The position numbers and the translations under genes were made by a program. Below are positions 1 to 7,459 of a DNA stretch of 15,755 nt, piece after piece. The notes below the pieces were generated by a model. The model saw only the letters and a list, made by a program, of their open reading frames with translations. It did no database searches and was not told the DNA's origin. The number at the start of each line of letters is the position of its first letter. Position 1 is the first letter of the stretch. Where the stretch lies: the IMG/VR virus record IMGVR_UViG_2545824742_000009, one strand, 5' to 3'. Source of the DNA: a virus. Lineage: Duplodnaviria > Heunggongvirae > Uroviricota > Caudoviricetes.

Positions 1-204
1 TTACTGGCAGCGTCTGAATTTATTCCCGTACCCGCCGTTATCCTTCGCCAGACCCGCCAGAACTAACTGAGTCAGTATTAACTGGCACTGGGCTTCGCTT
101 ACTCCGGTAGTTCTCGTCATCATGCGTGGCGTTACCCACTTGTCAGCAGGTAAGAAATGAAGGACTGCGGCGGCGGTTTCTGTCATATCTTGCTGTTTTA
201 TCAT
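1..204 (-). CDS. Small hypothetical protein (67 aa from the internal Met), possibly a winged-helix regulator
   Basis: ORF 1..228 ends with TAA at 1-3. The internal start MIKQQ at 204 is preceded by AGAAGGGA; the first ATG at 228 has no Shine-Dalgarno. Pattern FLPADKWVT...TGVSEAQCQLILTQLVLAGL looks like a small wHTH. No family recognised. Confidence 0.4.
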   Translation of the reverse strand: MIKQQDMTETAAAVLHFLPADKWVTPRMMTRTTGVSEAQCQLILTQLVLAGLAKDNGGYGNKFRRCQ

Positions 205-324
205 GTCTTTTTCCCTTCTGGTTAACATGACATACCAATAACTCTTGTCTAAAAAGCCAGCAAGATAAAAAGTCAGTATTCACGACCACCAGCGTGTTTA
301 CTGTACTGCACCAAGTTTACAGGT

Positions 325-350
325 ACAAAAAACCCGCTCAGTGGCGGGTT
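325..350 (-). terminator. Rho-independent terminator downstream of the lipoprotein gene (copy 1)
   Basis: Plus strand reads AAAAAA-AACCCGC-TCAGTG-GCGGGTT: 7-bp GC-rich stem with 6-nt loop. On the minus strand the hairpin is followed by a T-run. Lies about 80 nt after the lipoprotein stop. Confidence 0.65.
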
Positions 351-427
351 GCTATCACAGCTATATATTTACTTATTATGCCGTTACTAACATTTATCTT
401 CGACATATAATCGAAAACAAGGTTTAC

Positions 428-853
428 TTAAAACTCTGCTTTCATTTTATCCGGGAATTTTTTATTTGCAGCATAATAACTACCAAGTACATAAGCGTTC
501 ATTTGCTGCTCTACATCAACCCGACATGCCGCACTAGAACAAGCTCCACTGATAAGCCCAAAAGAACTCCCTTTAGCAGAGAGATCAGCTTTGATTTCCT
601 CTACAGTGTTTTTCCCCATAGCAACTACACACCCTGTCACAATATATCTAGCCTTCACATCATCCATGCTAAGGATAGTAGTTTTCGCAATTTTGCTGTA
701 TCCATCATTTTTATAAACATCCATGGCAAACGCACGGCAATCTGTATAATACGGACTTGCTTTAACTTGCGAATACTCAGGTAATTTCATACCTGCACAA
801 CCAACTAAACAAAAACCTATCGCTGCTATTAATACCTTTTTCATTACAGTCAT
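428..853 (-). CDS. Putative secreted lipoprotein (moron)
   Basis: N-terminus M(TVM)KKVLIAAIGFCLVGCAG has basic residues, a hydrophobic core and lipobox L-V-G-C. Visibly AT-rich compared with neighbours and flanked by terminators. Start could be ATG 853 or ATG 844. Confidence 0.7.
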   Translation of the reverse strand: MTVMKKVLIAAIGFCLVGCAGMKLPEYSQVKASPYYTDCRAFAMDVYKNDGYSKIAKTTILSMDDVKARYIVTGCVVAMGKNTVEEIKADLSAKGSSFGLISGACSSAACRVDVEQQMNAYVLGSYYAANKKFPDKMKAEF

Positions 854-1001
854 AACCTAGAAGCATCATTGAAACTAATTTATTAAATAATCATCGAGTT
901 TCTGGAATACAGACGTTAACCATCTCTCCAAAATCTAAAAGATAATAAGAAAAAATGTTTAACGCACCAATCCATTTCATAGTTTCATGAGACATCTGGC
1001 A

Positions 1002-1027
1002 CAAAAAAACCCGCTCAGTGGCGGGTT
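1002..1027 (-). terminator. Rho-independent terminator downstream of the Q-like gene (copy 2, near-identical to 325..350)
   Basis: Same AACCCGC-TCAGTG-GCGGGTT hairpin, preceded on the plus strand by an A7 run (T-run on the minus strand). About 26 bp are identical to the copy at 325..350. Confidence 0.65.
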
Positions 1028-1073
1028 CTTAAATCTTATCAACGGTAGACATACAAAGCCCATCGTTGGGAAA

Positions 1074-1102
1074 ATCTTATCCATATTTTTTGAAAAATGC
1101 AA
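1074..1102 (-). promoter_or_regulatory. Candidate sigma-70 late promoter between the Q-like gene and the terminator
   Basis: Minus strand reads TTGCAT (-35, plus 1097-1102), 17-nt spacer, TAAGAT (-10, plus 1074-1079). Sits about 45-70 nt upstream of the 1002..1027 hairpin, as in lambda pR-prime/tR-prime. Confidence 0.45.
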
Positions 1103-1133
1103 GCATCATGTCGTCATCTTCGGCGAAAACCAT

Positions 1134-1886
1134 TTATCTTGTCACATTTCTCAATTGTATCTCTGCATATGCTTCTTCCTGCCAGCACTTTGTAACCAGT
1201 TTATCAATGACATCTGCATATCCTTTGTACCACTGATAATCCGTCAGGTCTGGTACCAGCTTCTGGACATGATGCCGCGCCAGTGTGGTTGGTAAACGGC
1301 TAAACCGGTTTCCATTGCAACGCCCACAAATCTTATAAACAGGCGTGCCATGAAGCCGGGTCCTTTTTTCATCCAGGACAATACCTTTACCCTTACACCC
1401 TCTGCACGCTGTGCTGACTTCTCCCTTACCATGACAATGCTGACATAGTTCCTTCACCCACTCTTCCTTGATAACAGATTCCCCGCTTCTGGAGTGTTTC
1501 ACCACTTCGCGCAATACATTATGAAATCCAGTACCAGCACAATGCTCACAGCGAGCCTTACTTGCCGCAGACCTGGAATAATCAGCAAAGGCAAAATTCA
1601 CAAGGTAAGGGATGATCTGTAACCGGGTTTCTTCACTCAATTTGTTCAATGTCGGGTTATCCAGTGCCATCGCGTAATTGAGCAGACCTTCAATCGCAAA
1701 TTGAGGATCCTGAACACCAACTTTTGCCAGGAATAAGGCAAACCCAAGCGGTGCTTTCGACTGCACCATCCCCTGCGCAGCCATCACATCTGTAATTGTT
1801 AAACCACCCGAGCCTGTCGCCGGTGCGTCATCACTCAATTTTGGAGATTTTGGGGAGTAATATTTTGGTAAGGCTTCAAGGTTCAT
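1134..1886 (-). CDS. Q-like late-gene antitermination protein with DnaJ-type zinc-finger repeats
   Basis: 250 aa with four CxxCxGxG repeats (CEHCAGTG, CQHCHGKG, CRGCKGKG, CGRCNGN). Sits downstream of a DUF968 gene and upstream of a promoter/terminator unit, as for QuuQ-type Q proteins. Family assignment is from memory. Confidence 0.6.
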   Translation of the reverse strand: MNLEALPKYYSPKSPKLSDDAPATGSGGLTITDVMAAQGMVQSKAPLGFALFLAKVGVQDPQFAIEGLLNYAMALDNPTLNKLSEETRLQIIPYLVNFAFADYSRSAASKARCEHCAGTGFHNVLREVVKHSRSGESVIKEEWVKELCQHCHGKGEVSTACRGCKGKGIVLDEKRTRLHGTPVYKICGRCNGNRFSRLPTTLARHHVQKLVPDLTDYQWYKGYADVIDKLVTKCWQEEAYAEIQLRNVTR

Positions 1887-1899
1887 GCTCGTTCTCCAC

Positions 1900-2895
1900 T
1901 TACGCCAGTACGCCTATTGCCAGCGCACGATCGATAAAACGAAATATCAGCTCCAGCTGGGAGCCATACTTCTCTTCAAATGCCACGGTATCCGCATGCA
2001 GCTCGTCGTGATGCTTTCTGCACAAAGGCAACACAAAGAGGTCATGCGCTTTTGTTCCCATTCCACCCTGACCGTGACCTATCAGGTGGTGGGGATCATC
2101 AGCGGGCTTTCCACAACATGCACACGGCTGTGTCTTAACCCAGCGCGTGTACTTTTCATTAACCCAGCGGCGACGTTTTGGGCGTAACATAAAAGACTCC
2201 GGCGACTCCGGATCCACTTTCAGCGCCAGCACCTTTTTCGCTTTATCCTGGATGATGCTGGTGGCAGGAACCGAAGGCACAAGGTCACTTTCCCGGGTGA
2301 CAGACGGCACAACAGGCTTTGGTAATCTCAGTGCCTTACGGGCTGCACTTTCCGGTAAGGCATCCGCCAGGTCATTACGAATCAGCCACCAGCACAGTTC
2401 CGGCATTGTCACAACGTGACTGTCATCAAAACCGAGATCCCGACGCACAACAGACAACACCCAGCGGGCACAGTTATCCGTTGCCATTGATTCCAGCCGT
2501 TCCGTGAACTGATCGCGCAGCTGGTTATCACAGTGCCAGCACAGACGGATTGCGCCCGGCGCGTGTCGCATTGTGGTCATGTTCTCGCTGTGCCAGTCGG
2601 AATGAGGCCACTGGCAGCCTTTTTCACGAAGTAACCAGCTTTCAAGACATTCCACGCCACCAGCACGACGGATCACTGCCTCATTGCGGAACACAGCCCG
2701 AACGGCAGGATCATCCGCCAGCGGTTGTGATGCCGCCGGAACGGCACCACTGGCGAAAGATGAATAACGTTCCGGCTCAGGCTCCAGCAGGACACGCCCC
2801 TGCATAAACAGGGGCATCAGCTCTGAACCTGGCCTGAACAATACGATCCCCATACGCGGGGCAATTTCAGGGGTCAGTAGTGCTCTCACGGTCAC
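1900..2895 (-). CDS. DUF968-family phage protein with C-terminal Cys/His (HNH-like) motif
   Basis: 331 aa. C-terminus has CACCGK...HHLIGHG...CRKHHDELH. Position immediately upstream of Q matches Qin-prophage YdfU-like proteins. Confidence 0.55.
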   Translation of the reverse strand: MTVRALLTPEIAPRMGIVLFRPGSELMPLFMQGRVLLEPEPERYSSFASGAVPAASQPLADDPAVRAVFRNEAVIRRAGGVECLESWLLREKGCQWPHSDWHSENMTTMRHAPGAIRLCWHCDNQLRDQFTERLESMATDNCARWVLSVVRRDLGFDDSHVVTMPELCWWLIRNDLADALPESAARKALRLPKPVVPSVTRESDLVPSVPATSIIQDKAKKVLALKVDPESPESFMLRPKRRRWVNEKYTRWVKTQPCACCGKPADDPHHLIGHGQGGMGTKAHDLFVLPLCRKHHDELHADTVAFEEKYGSQLELIFRFIDRALAIGVLA

Positions 2896-2896
2896 C

Positions 2897-3706
2897 TCAA
2901 TGAACGGTATCGAGCAGCTTTAACAGCTCAGGGAATCGGGATTCGAAGAAATGCGGCTGCGTCTCGCGCGGATTTGCGGGACTGGTGATGTTCTTGCCGA
3001 ACATGCAGCCTTTCGCTGTCAGCGACCAGAATTTTTTGATGTTGTTAATCGAGGTACGGCTGTATCGTTCGCGTTGTTCAACGATCCCCAGCTTCGCCAT
3101 CTGGTGATATGCCTGATTAGCCGTAAGGCGGATACCATACTGTTTCAGCAGTGCACTCAGCGACAGCGTAGGGCGACTTGAGCCATCAGGCGCGTCAGCA
3201 GGAGCATCAATGGCATAGCGCGGTGCCAGATTCGGTAAGCCAACAGCCTCCTGGAGTTTCTGACAGGCCCCAAGCACAGATGAGTTAGACAGGTTTAACT
3301 CCCTGCGCATAAAGTCCAGCAGAATCACTCCAGCCTGCATCTTGTCAGCAGCCTGCCCGGATAATTTTTCCGGTGCGCTGGTTACCATATCGAAAGTACG
3401 GATCACCTTCAGATGGAATGACGGGCTGATCCACATTGCATAGGCATACACCAGTTCCTTACAGACATACGTCCCCTGGTTATTTCCGCCATTAATGACG
3501 CTAACTGGTTGATTTTGTTCCAGAGGCGGAATTCCACCCTCGGTGAAAAGTTGTTCAATCAATTCACAGGTTTGCTTATTGGAGAGCCAGTATTTCGGGC
3601 GGTTTTTTTGTTCTCCCCCGGCTGCCCTGTGCAGATCGTTCAGGCTGTAACGCCCATAAGCATCACGACGAACTTCAATACCATCAATAACCATCAGATT
3701 ATTCAT
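2897..3706 (-). CDS. KilA-N domain protein (putative antirepressor-like)
   Basis: 269 aa. N-terminus VIDGIEVRRDAYGRYSLNDLHRAAGG...RPKYWLSNKQTCELIEQL is characteristic of KilA-N/Bro-N-type domains. Start is 1 nt after the DUF968 start region. Confidence 0.6.
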   Translation of the reverse strand: MNNLMVIDGIEVRRDAYGRYSLNDLHRAAGGEQKNRPKYWLSNKQTCELIEQLFTEGGIPPLEQNQPVSVINGGNNQGTYVCKELVYAYAMWISPSFHLKVIRTFDMVTSAPEKLSGQAADKMQAGVILLDFMRRELNLSNSSVLGACQKLQEAVGLPNLAPRYAIDAPADAPDGSSRPTLSLSALLKQYGIRLTANQAYHQMAKLGIVEQRERYSRTSINNIKKFWSLTAKGCMFGKNITSPANPRETQPHFFESRFPELLKLLDTVH

Positions 3707-3725
3707 ACTTCGTTTCTCCTCTTAA

Positions 3726-4115
3726 TCAGGCGGCTGCACCCGCCGGTTTCTCATACTTACTGATAGTGATCTCGACCTTCCCTTTCGGGATAACCGGTCC
3801 CCACTCCACCAGCATTCTTTTCACCTGTCTGTCGTCTTCCCACACACCCGCGTGGGTCAGGGCGTCAAACAGCGCCTTGTTATAGTTGTCCAGATCGCGG
3901 ATCCGGTTATCCGGAGGAAACAACACGATCTCCACTGAAGCAGGTGCCGACGTTGGTTTTGGCAGACGACGTAACTGCTCAACTATTGCTGCGCACGCCG
4001 CGCTCTGAAATTTTCGCCCCGCCGCGCTTATCAGGCTCTTACCAGCAAATGCCCCTTTGTTGGGGTGTCGCCAGTAGGTGTTCACGCTGGGCGGGAAAGG
4101 CAGGATCAGCTTCAT
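3726..4115 (-). CDS. rusA: Holliday-junction resolvase RusA
   Basis: 129 aa. Motifs LPFPPSVNTYWRH, RDLDNYNKALFDALTHAGVWEDDRQV and GKVEITI match the RusA family as recalled from E. coli RusA. Confidence 0.88.
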   Translation of the reverse strand: MKLILPFPPSVNTYWRHPNKGAFAGKSLISAAGRKFQSAACAAIVEQLRRLPKPTSAPASVEIVLFPPDNRIRDLDNYNKALFDALTHAGVWEDDRQVKRMLVEWGPVIPKGKVEITISKYEKPAGAAA

Positions 4116-4438
4116 ACTTTCAGGCCTCTCTCATGTAACCAGTGAGTTGCACGCAGCCTTGCGTTTTCCTCACCGGCAAGCAGTGAGCGGATAATCCCGA
4201 CCGCCTCGCTGTCGTCGTCCTTCACCGCGGTATGAAGCGTGATCCCCCGGGCCACACCACGCTTTATCGTGATGACGCCTTTTTTCTCCAGTGCGCGAAG
4301 ATGCTCCACCGCTGCATTCACCGAACGGTATCCCAGCATGGTTGCCACCTCCTGATTGGTTGGCGGGAAGCCACGCTCTTTCTGATAAGAAATCAGCATA
4401 TCCAGCACCTGCTGCTGGCATTGAGTTAACGTCGTCAT
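4112..4438 (-). CDS. Small LexA-type DNA-binding-domain protein
   Basis: 108 aa. FPPTNQEVATMLGYRSVNAAVEHLRALEKKGVI resembles the LexA N-terminal winged helix. Start overlaps the upstream stop (ATGA) and its own stop overlaps the rusA start. Confidence 0.5.
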   Translation of the reverse strand: MTTLTQCQQQVLDMLISYQKERGFPPTNQEVATMLGYRSVNAAVEHLRALEKKGVITIKRGVARGITLHTAVKDDDSEAVGIIRSLLAGEENARLRATHWLHERGLKV

Positions 4439-5088
4439 GCCGCCATCTCCCTGACCAGCTTTTCCGCCTGCAGGCGAACCTGCGCCAGAAACGCCTCACC
4501 ACATGCCTCAAGTTCATCGCGCCCGATATAGCTGATTGCCGGTCCCTTCCAGGTCTTGTCGAAAACAGCAATAGCACCAGCGAAGAAAGCGCCTGTCGGC
4601 ACCTGCTTCTCATCCTTCGGGATAAACCAGGCAGGCAGTTCAAAACCAATACGCCCGCGAATAAAAGCAATATGATCTGCATCTTCCGGCCACCACACTT
4701 CGCTGGTGGCAGCTTTGATCAGGAAAACATAGCGCCCGCCCTTATCACGCATGGCACTGGCATGCTTCATGATGTAACGCATGCCGGTGATGTATTGCCC
4801 CTCATGCTGACTGGCGCGGCTGTATGGGGGATTTCCAAAGGCAGCACCTTTAAGCTCCGCAAGGCGTTCTGACCAGTCATGCGCCAGCGCGTTGTCTTCC
4901 GCCGTGTAATACGCAGCGCATTTGGCGTTATCACCGTCAGTGAACAGATCCAGAACAAACGGACCAAACAGGGTGTTAATTCCCCAGAAAATGTTGTCCG
5001 GCGTGCGCCACTGATCGCCCACTTCCTTCAGTTCATGGGCTGGTTTGTTCCGCAGTTCCACCAGCTCCTGGCAATATTTATTACTCAT
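4435..5088 (-). CDS. Phage DNA N6-adenine methyltransferase (Dam-like)
   Basis: Contains FGNPPYS (the (D/N)PP(Y/F) catalytic motif). Chosen start is ATG at 5086-5088 (MSNKY...), which overlaps the upstream TAA as TAATG; the ORF track extends to 5121. Confidence 0.8.
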   Translation of the reverse strand: MSNKYCQELVELRNKPAHELKEVGDQWRTPDNIFWGINTLFGPFVLDLFTDGDNAKCAAYYTAEDNALAHDWSERLAELKGAAFGNPPYSRASQHEGQYITGMRYIMKHASAMRDKGGRYVFLIKAATSEVWWPEDADHIAFIRGRIGFELPAWFIPKDEKQVPTGAFFAGAIAVFDKTWKGPAISYIGRDELEACGEAFLAQVRLQAEKLVREMAA

Positions 5089-5576
5089 TAAGCCCCCACG
5101 TAATTCCCTGACAGATACCACTCATCACCCGATACAGCGCGCTTGCTGCTTTTCCGTAAACACTGCTCACGACGCGCCAGAAAATTGTTTCGTTCTGGCT
5201 GGGAGTGGCTTTCACGGAATGCCGCCATCCACACCGTTGCAGCACGACGGTATAAGCCCCTGGACTCCAGTTCTTCAGCCTGGCGGGTCAGGCATAAAAT
5301 CTCCCGCGGGTCGTTAGTGCCGACATAGAAATTGCGCACAGGTCTGGTTTCACGAACTGGTTGCCGTTCCGCCTCCGGCGATATCTTTATCTGGCGCGGA
5401 AAATGTCTGCGTGTATCCCCTTCACAACGGTGAGCCACACGCCCACTCTGACGTAACTTGCTTGCTGACTGCAGAACGCGCTGCCGTGAGTAACCTGCAA
5501 AAGCATCCGCAATGTCTCCGGAAGTACACCCCGGATGGGCTTCAATGAATTTCTGAACTTCATTCAAAAGACTCAT
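5088..5576 (-). CDS. Hypothetical phage protein (162 aa); C-terminal part may resemble small ANR/PerC-like regulators
   Basis: ATG at 5574-5576 lies 2 nt after the upstream TGA; the ORF track uses GTG at 5582. Basic, Arg-rich protein with no enzymatic motif seen. The ANR/PerC resemblance is a weak recollection. Confidence 0.5.
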   Translation of the reverse strand: MSLLNEVQKFIEAHPGCTSGDIADAFAGYSRQRVLQSASKLRQSGRVAHRCEGDTRRHFPRQIKISPEAERQPVRETRPVRNFYVGTNDPREILCLTRQAEELESRGLYRRAATVWMAAFRESHSQPERNNFLARREQCLRKSSKRAVSGDEWYLSGNYVGA

Positions 5577-5578
5577 GA

Positions 5579-6397
5579 TCACCCCCTGAATCCTGCCGGG
5601 ATCTGGCTGTAGTCCACGTTGTCGTAACTGGCTTTGAAGTACGGGTCCTCACGTCTGGCTGCAGATACCGCAGGAACTTCCCAGGATTCTTCGAAATGAC
5701 GATCCGGACCAAAGAACGTGACAGCCTGTTTCACAAATTGTGTGCCGCTGTTACCCATCGCAGATACCCAGCCCGCATAGCGTTTCACACCTTCCAGCAT
5801 GGTTTCGGGGTTTACCCCCTCATTCAAACGGGCTTTCCAGGCTTTGAAGGCTGCAGATTTTGAATTGCCACCAGCACGTTTGGGATATGCCAGCCATGCC
5901 TGCTCAAACTCCGGAGAGTATTCCGGTCGGTTTGAACGAACTCGCACAGACTCATCAGCAGATGCACCAACAGCTATTGGTTCATTGACTGGTTCTTTGA
6001 CTGGTTCAAAAGAGTGACTGGTTCTGGGTGAATCTCCTGCACTACCCCCTAGTGCAACTCCTGCACTACCTGGTGAATTTGCTGCACCAGATAGTGAATT
6101 ATTTGCACTACCCCCTAGTGAATCTCCTGCACCATCCAGATGAAGGAGATAGATATTACTTGAGTTACCTTTTTCACCTTTCCGGGTGACTTTTTTTACC
6201 AGCCCGGACTCACAAAGGGCCGCAATATGATTCATCACAGAACGTTTGCTAATCTCGCACTGGTCAGCAATATGCTGGTAGCTGGGCCAGCACTCACCCT
6301 GATCGCTGGCATTATCAGCCAGCTTGATCAGAACCAGTTTTCGCAATGGATTACCCACTCGAATTTTCATCGCTTTAACCATCAGCTCCATACTCAT
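5579..6397 (-). CDS. Replication initiator-like protein (N-terminal HTH, Gly/Ser/Ala-rich linker encoded by iterons)
   Basis: 272 aa. N-terminal KLADNASDQGECWPSYQHIADQCEISKRSVMNHIAALCESGLV looks like a wHTH/replisome-organizer N-domain. The central low-complexity segment GDSLGGSANNSLSGAANSPGSAGVALGGSAGDSP is encoded by tandem DNA repeats. Confidence 0.6.
   Translation of the reverse strand: MSMELMVKAMKIRVGNPLRKLVLIKLADNASDQGECWPSYQHIADQCEISKRSVMNHIAALCESGLVKKVTRKGEKGNSSNIYLLHLDGAGDSLGGSANNSLSGAANSPGSAGVALGGSAGDSPRTSHSFEPVKEPVNEPIAVGASADESVRVRSNRPEYSPEFEQAWLAYPKRAGGNSKSAAFKAWKARLNEGVNPETMLEGVKRYAGWVSAMGNSGTQFVKQAVTFFGPDRHFEESWEVPAVSAARREDPYFKASYDNVDYSQIPAGFRG
6027..6200. repeat. Iteron-like tandem repeats plus adjacent AT-rich tract: candidate phage replication origin inside the initiator gene
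   Basis: Five or six direct repeats of about 21-24 bp containing TGCAC...(T)AGTGAA. GTGAAT/GTGCAA/GATGAA recur at about 6028, 6052, 6073, 6094, 6118 and 6139. Followed by an AT-rich stretch 6145-6200. Same layout as lambda ori within O. Confidence 0.55.
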
Positions 6398-6630
6398 GCT
6401 GCACCTCCGAGATGCTTCATGTTTTTTCCGGAGCGAAAGGCTATAAGCGGCATACTGACGCGGTAATTACGGCCCAGCGGTTCACAAATCACCTTCTGAC
6501 ATTCACGGTCAACCAGGCTGACACGTAGAACATGCCCTGCTGGCGTGGTGTACCACTGCCCAACTGTGGGTGTTGATATTTTTTTACGCTGAAATAAACG
6601 GTAAATGTTGAGGAGCAACGGATTAAGCAT
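6394..6630 (-). CDS. Small hypothetical protein (78 aa)
   Basis: ORF fills the gap between two genes in the same operon and overlaps both ends by a few nt. No motif recognised. Confidence 0.35.
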   Translation of the reverse strand: MLNPLLLNIYRLFQRKKISTPTVGQWYTTPAGHVLRVSLVDRECQKVICEPLGRNYRVSMPLIAFRSGKNMKHLGGAA

Positions 6631-7459
6631 GACGATGCCCTCCGCTGATATTCAGGAGACGGTGAATATGAAAATTAGCCTTATCCGCCAGACGAATACG
6701 TTCAGCTTGCAAGTTAAGAAGGGTTTCTACCAGAACCTGATGTGCCTGCGGATCCGAAAGAGTTACCTTGCGCAGAGCACGTAGTGCAGTTGTTACATAA
6801 CTGAGTTTATGTAAGTCTTCATCATTCAGACGAGTGAGGGCTGGGACAGTAGCCATGATGGCAGCCTCCTTGATCGGTGAAATACTTCCACCACCGGAAA
6901 CGCCAATTTCGCTGGTGGTGAACTGAACGGGGTTGGCGTAACCGGTGATCAAGGAAACCGGCGCATCTTTCGATGCCCCCGCCCAGCCCACCATAACTTT
7001 GATGTGAGCAAATGCGGACGATAAAAAAGACGCTGGCGCGTCATATATCGCCTTGATCAATTCCAGGACGCCAATCCCGGCACCCGCTTTATAAGGTGCC
7101 TGAACAGTGTAACGTCCCGGAATGGCAGAATCAATGTGCTGGTGGTCCTTCACACTCAACAAAATCACGCTTGAATTTCCACAAAGGACTAAAGCACTCA
7201 TGCGGGTAGTCTTTGCGAAGATAGATAACGCGCTGTGTTTCTGGCTCCCAACGAATAACATGAACATAAAGTCCTCTTCCGTCACGAAACCAGCGGTTAA
7301 GTTCCTGCACAACTCGCCCCCCACAGTCAGGTAAAGTTCTCTGTGGTTACTTACAGCCAGGAGATTTGGTAATCTGCATTCATGCCGTAACAACAGGTGT
7401 TCAGCGACGCTGACCACCAGCTGTTGCGACAAACGGTTATTTGCCGTTAAACTGTTCAT
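6623..7459 (-). CDS. Hypothetical phage early protein (278 aa), possibly YdaU-like
   Basis: Long ORF in the early-right operon whose start overlaps the upstream stop. No Walker A or other motif recognised. The YdaU analogy rests on size and position only. Confidence 0.5.
   Translation of the reverse strand: MNSLTANNRLSQQLVVSVAEHLLLRHECRLPNLLAVSNHRELYLTVGGELCRNLTAGFVTEEDFMFMLFVGSQKHSALSIFAKTTRMSALVLCGNSSVILLSVKDHQHIDSAIPGRYTVQAPYKAGAGIGVLELIKAIYDAPASFLSSAFAHIKVMVGWAGASKDAPVSLITGYANPVQFTTSEIGVSGGGSISPIKEAAIMATVPALTRLNDEDLHKLSYVTTALRALRKVTLSDPQAHQVLVETLLNLQAERIRLADKANFHIHRLLNISGGHRHA

Noticed and set aside
341-784. Plus-strand 147-aa ORF antisense to the lipoprotein gene
   Set aside because: Begins with GTG inside the terminator hairpin, has no SD, gives a low-complexity Ile/Phe/Tyr-rich translation typical of antisense AT-rich DNA, and fully overlaps the better-supported lipoprotein CDS.
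987-1295. Plus-strand 102-aa ORF spanning the terminator, late promoter and the Q 3' end
   Set aside because: Runs through a terminator hairpin and overlaps the Q-like gene on the opposite strand. No SD and no recognisable protein features.
1796-2807. Several plus-strand ORFs (62-100 aa) opposite the Q-like and DUF968 genes
   Set aside because: All are antisense to longer minus-strand ORFs with family-level motifs. None has an SD or conserved features.
4170-4872. ORFs of 170 aa (minus) and 193 aa (plus) overlapping the methyltransferase and LexA-DBD-like genes
   Set aside because: Alternative frames of regions already explained by translationally coupled genes with recognisable motifs (NPPY, LexA wHTH). 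Translations are Arg/Ser-rich with no features.
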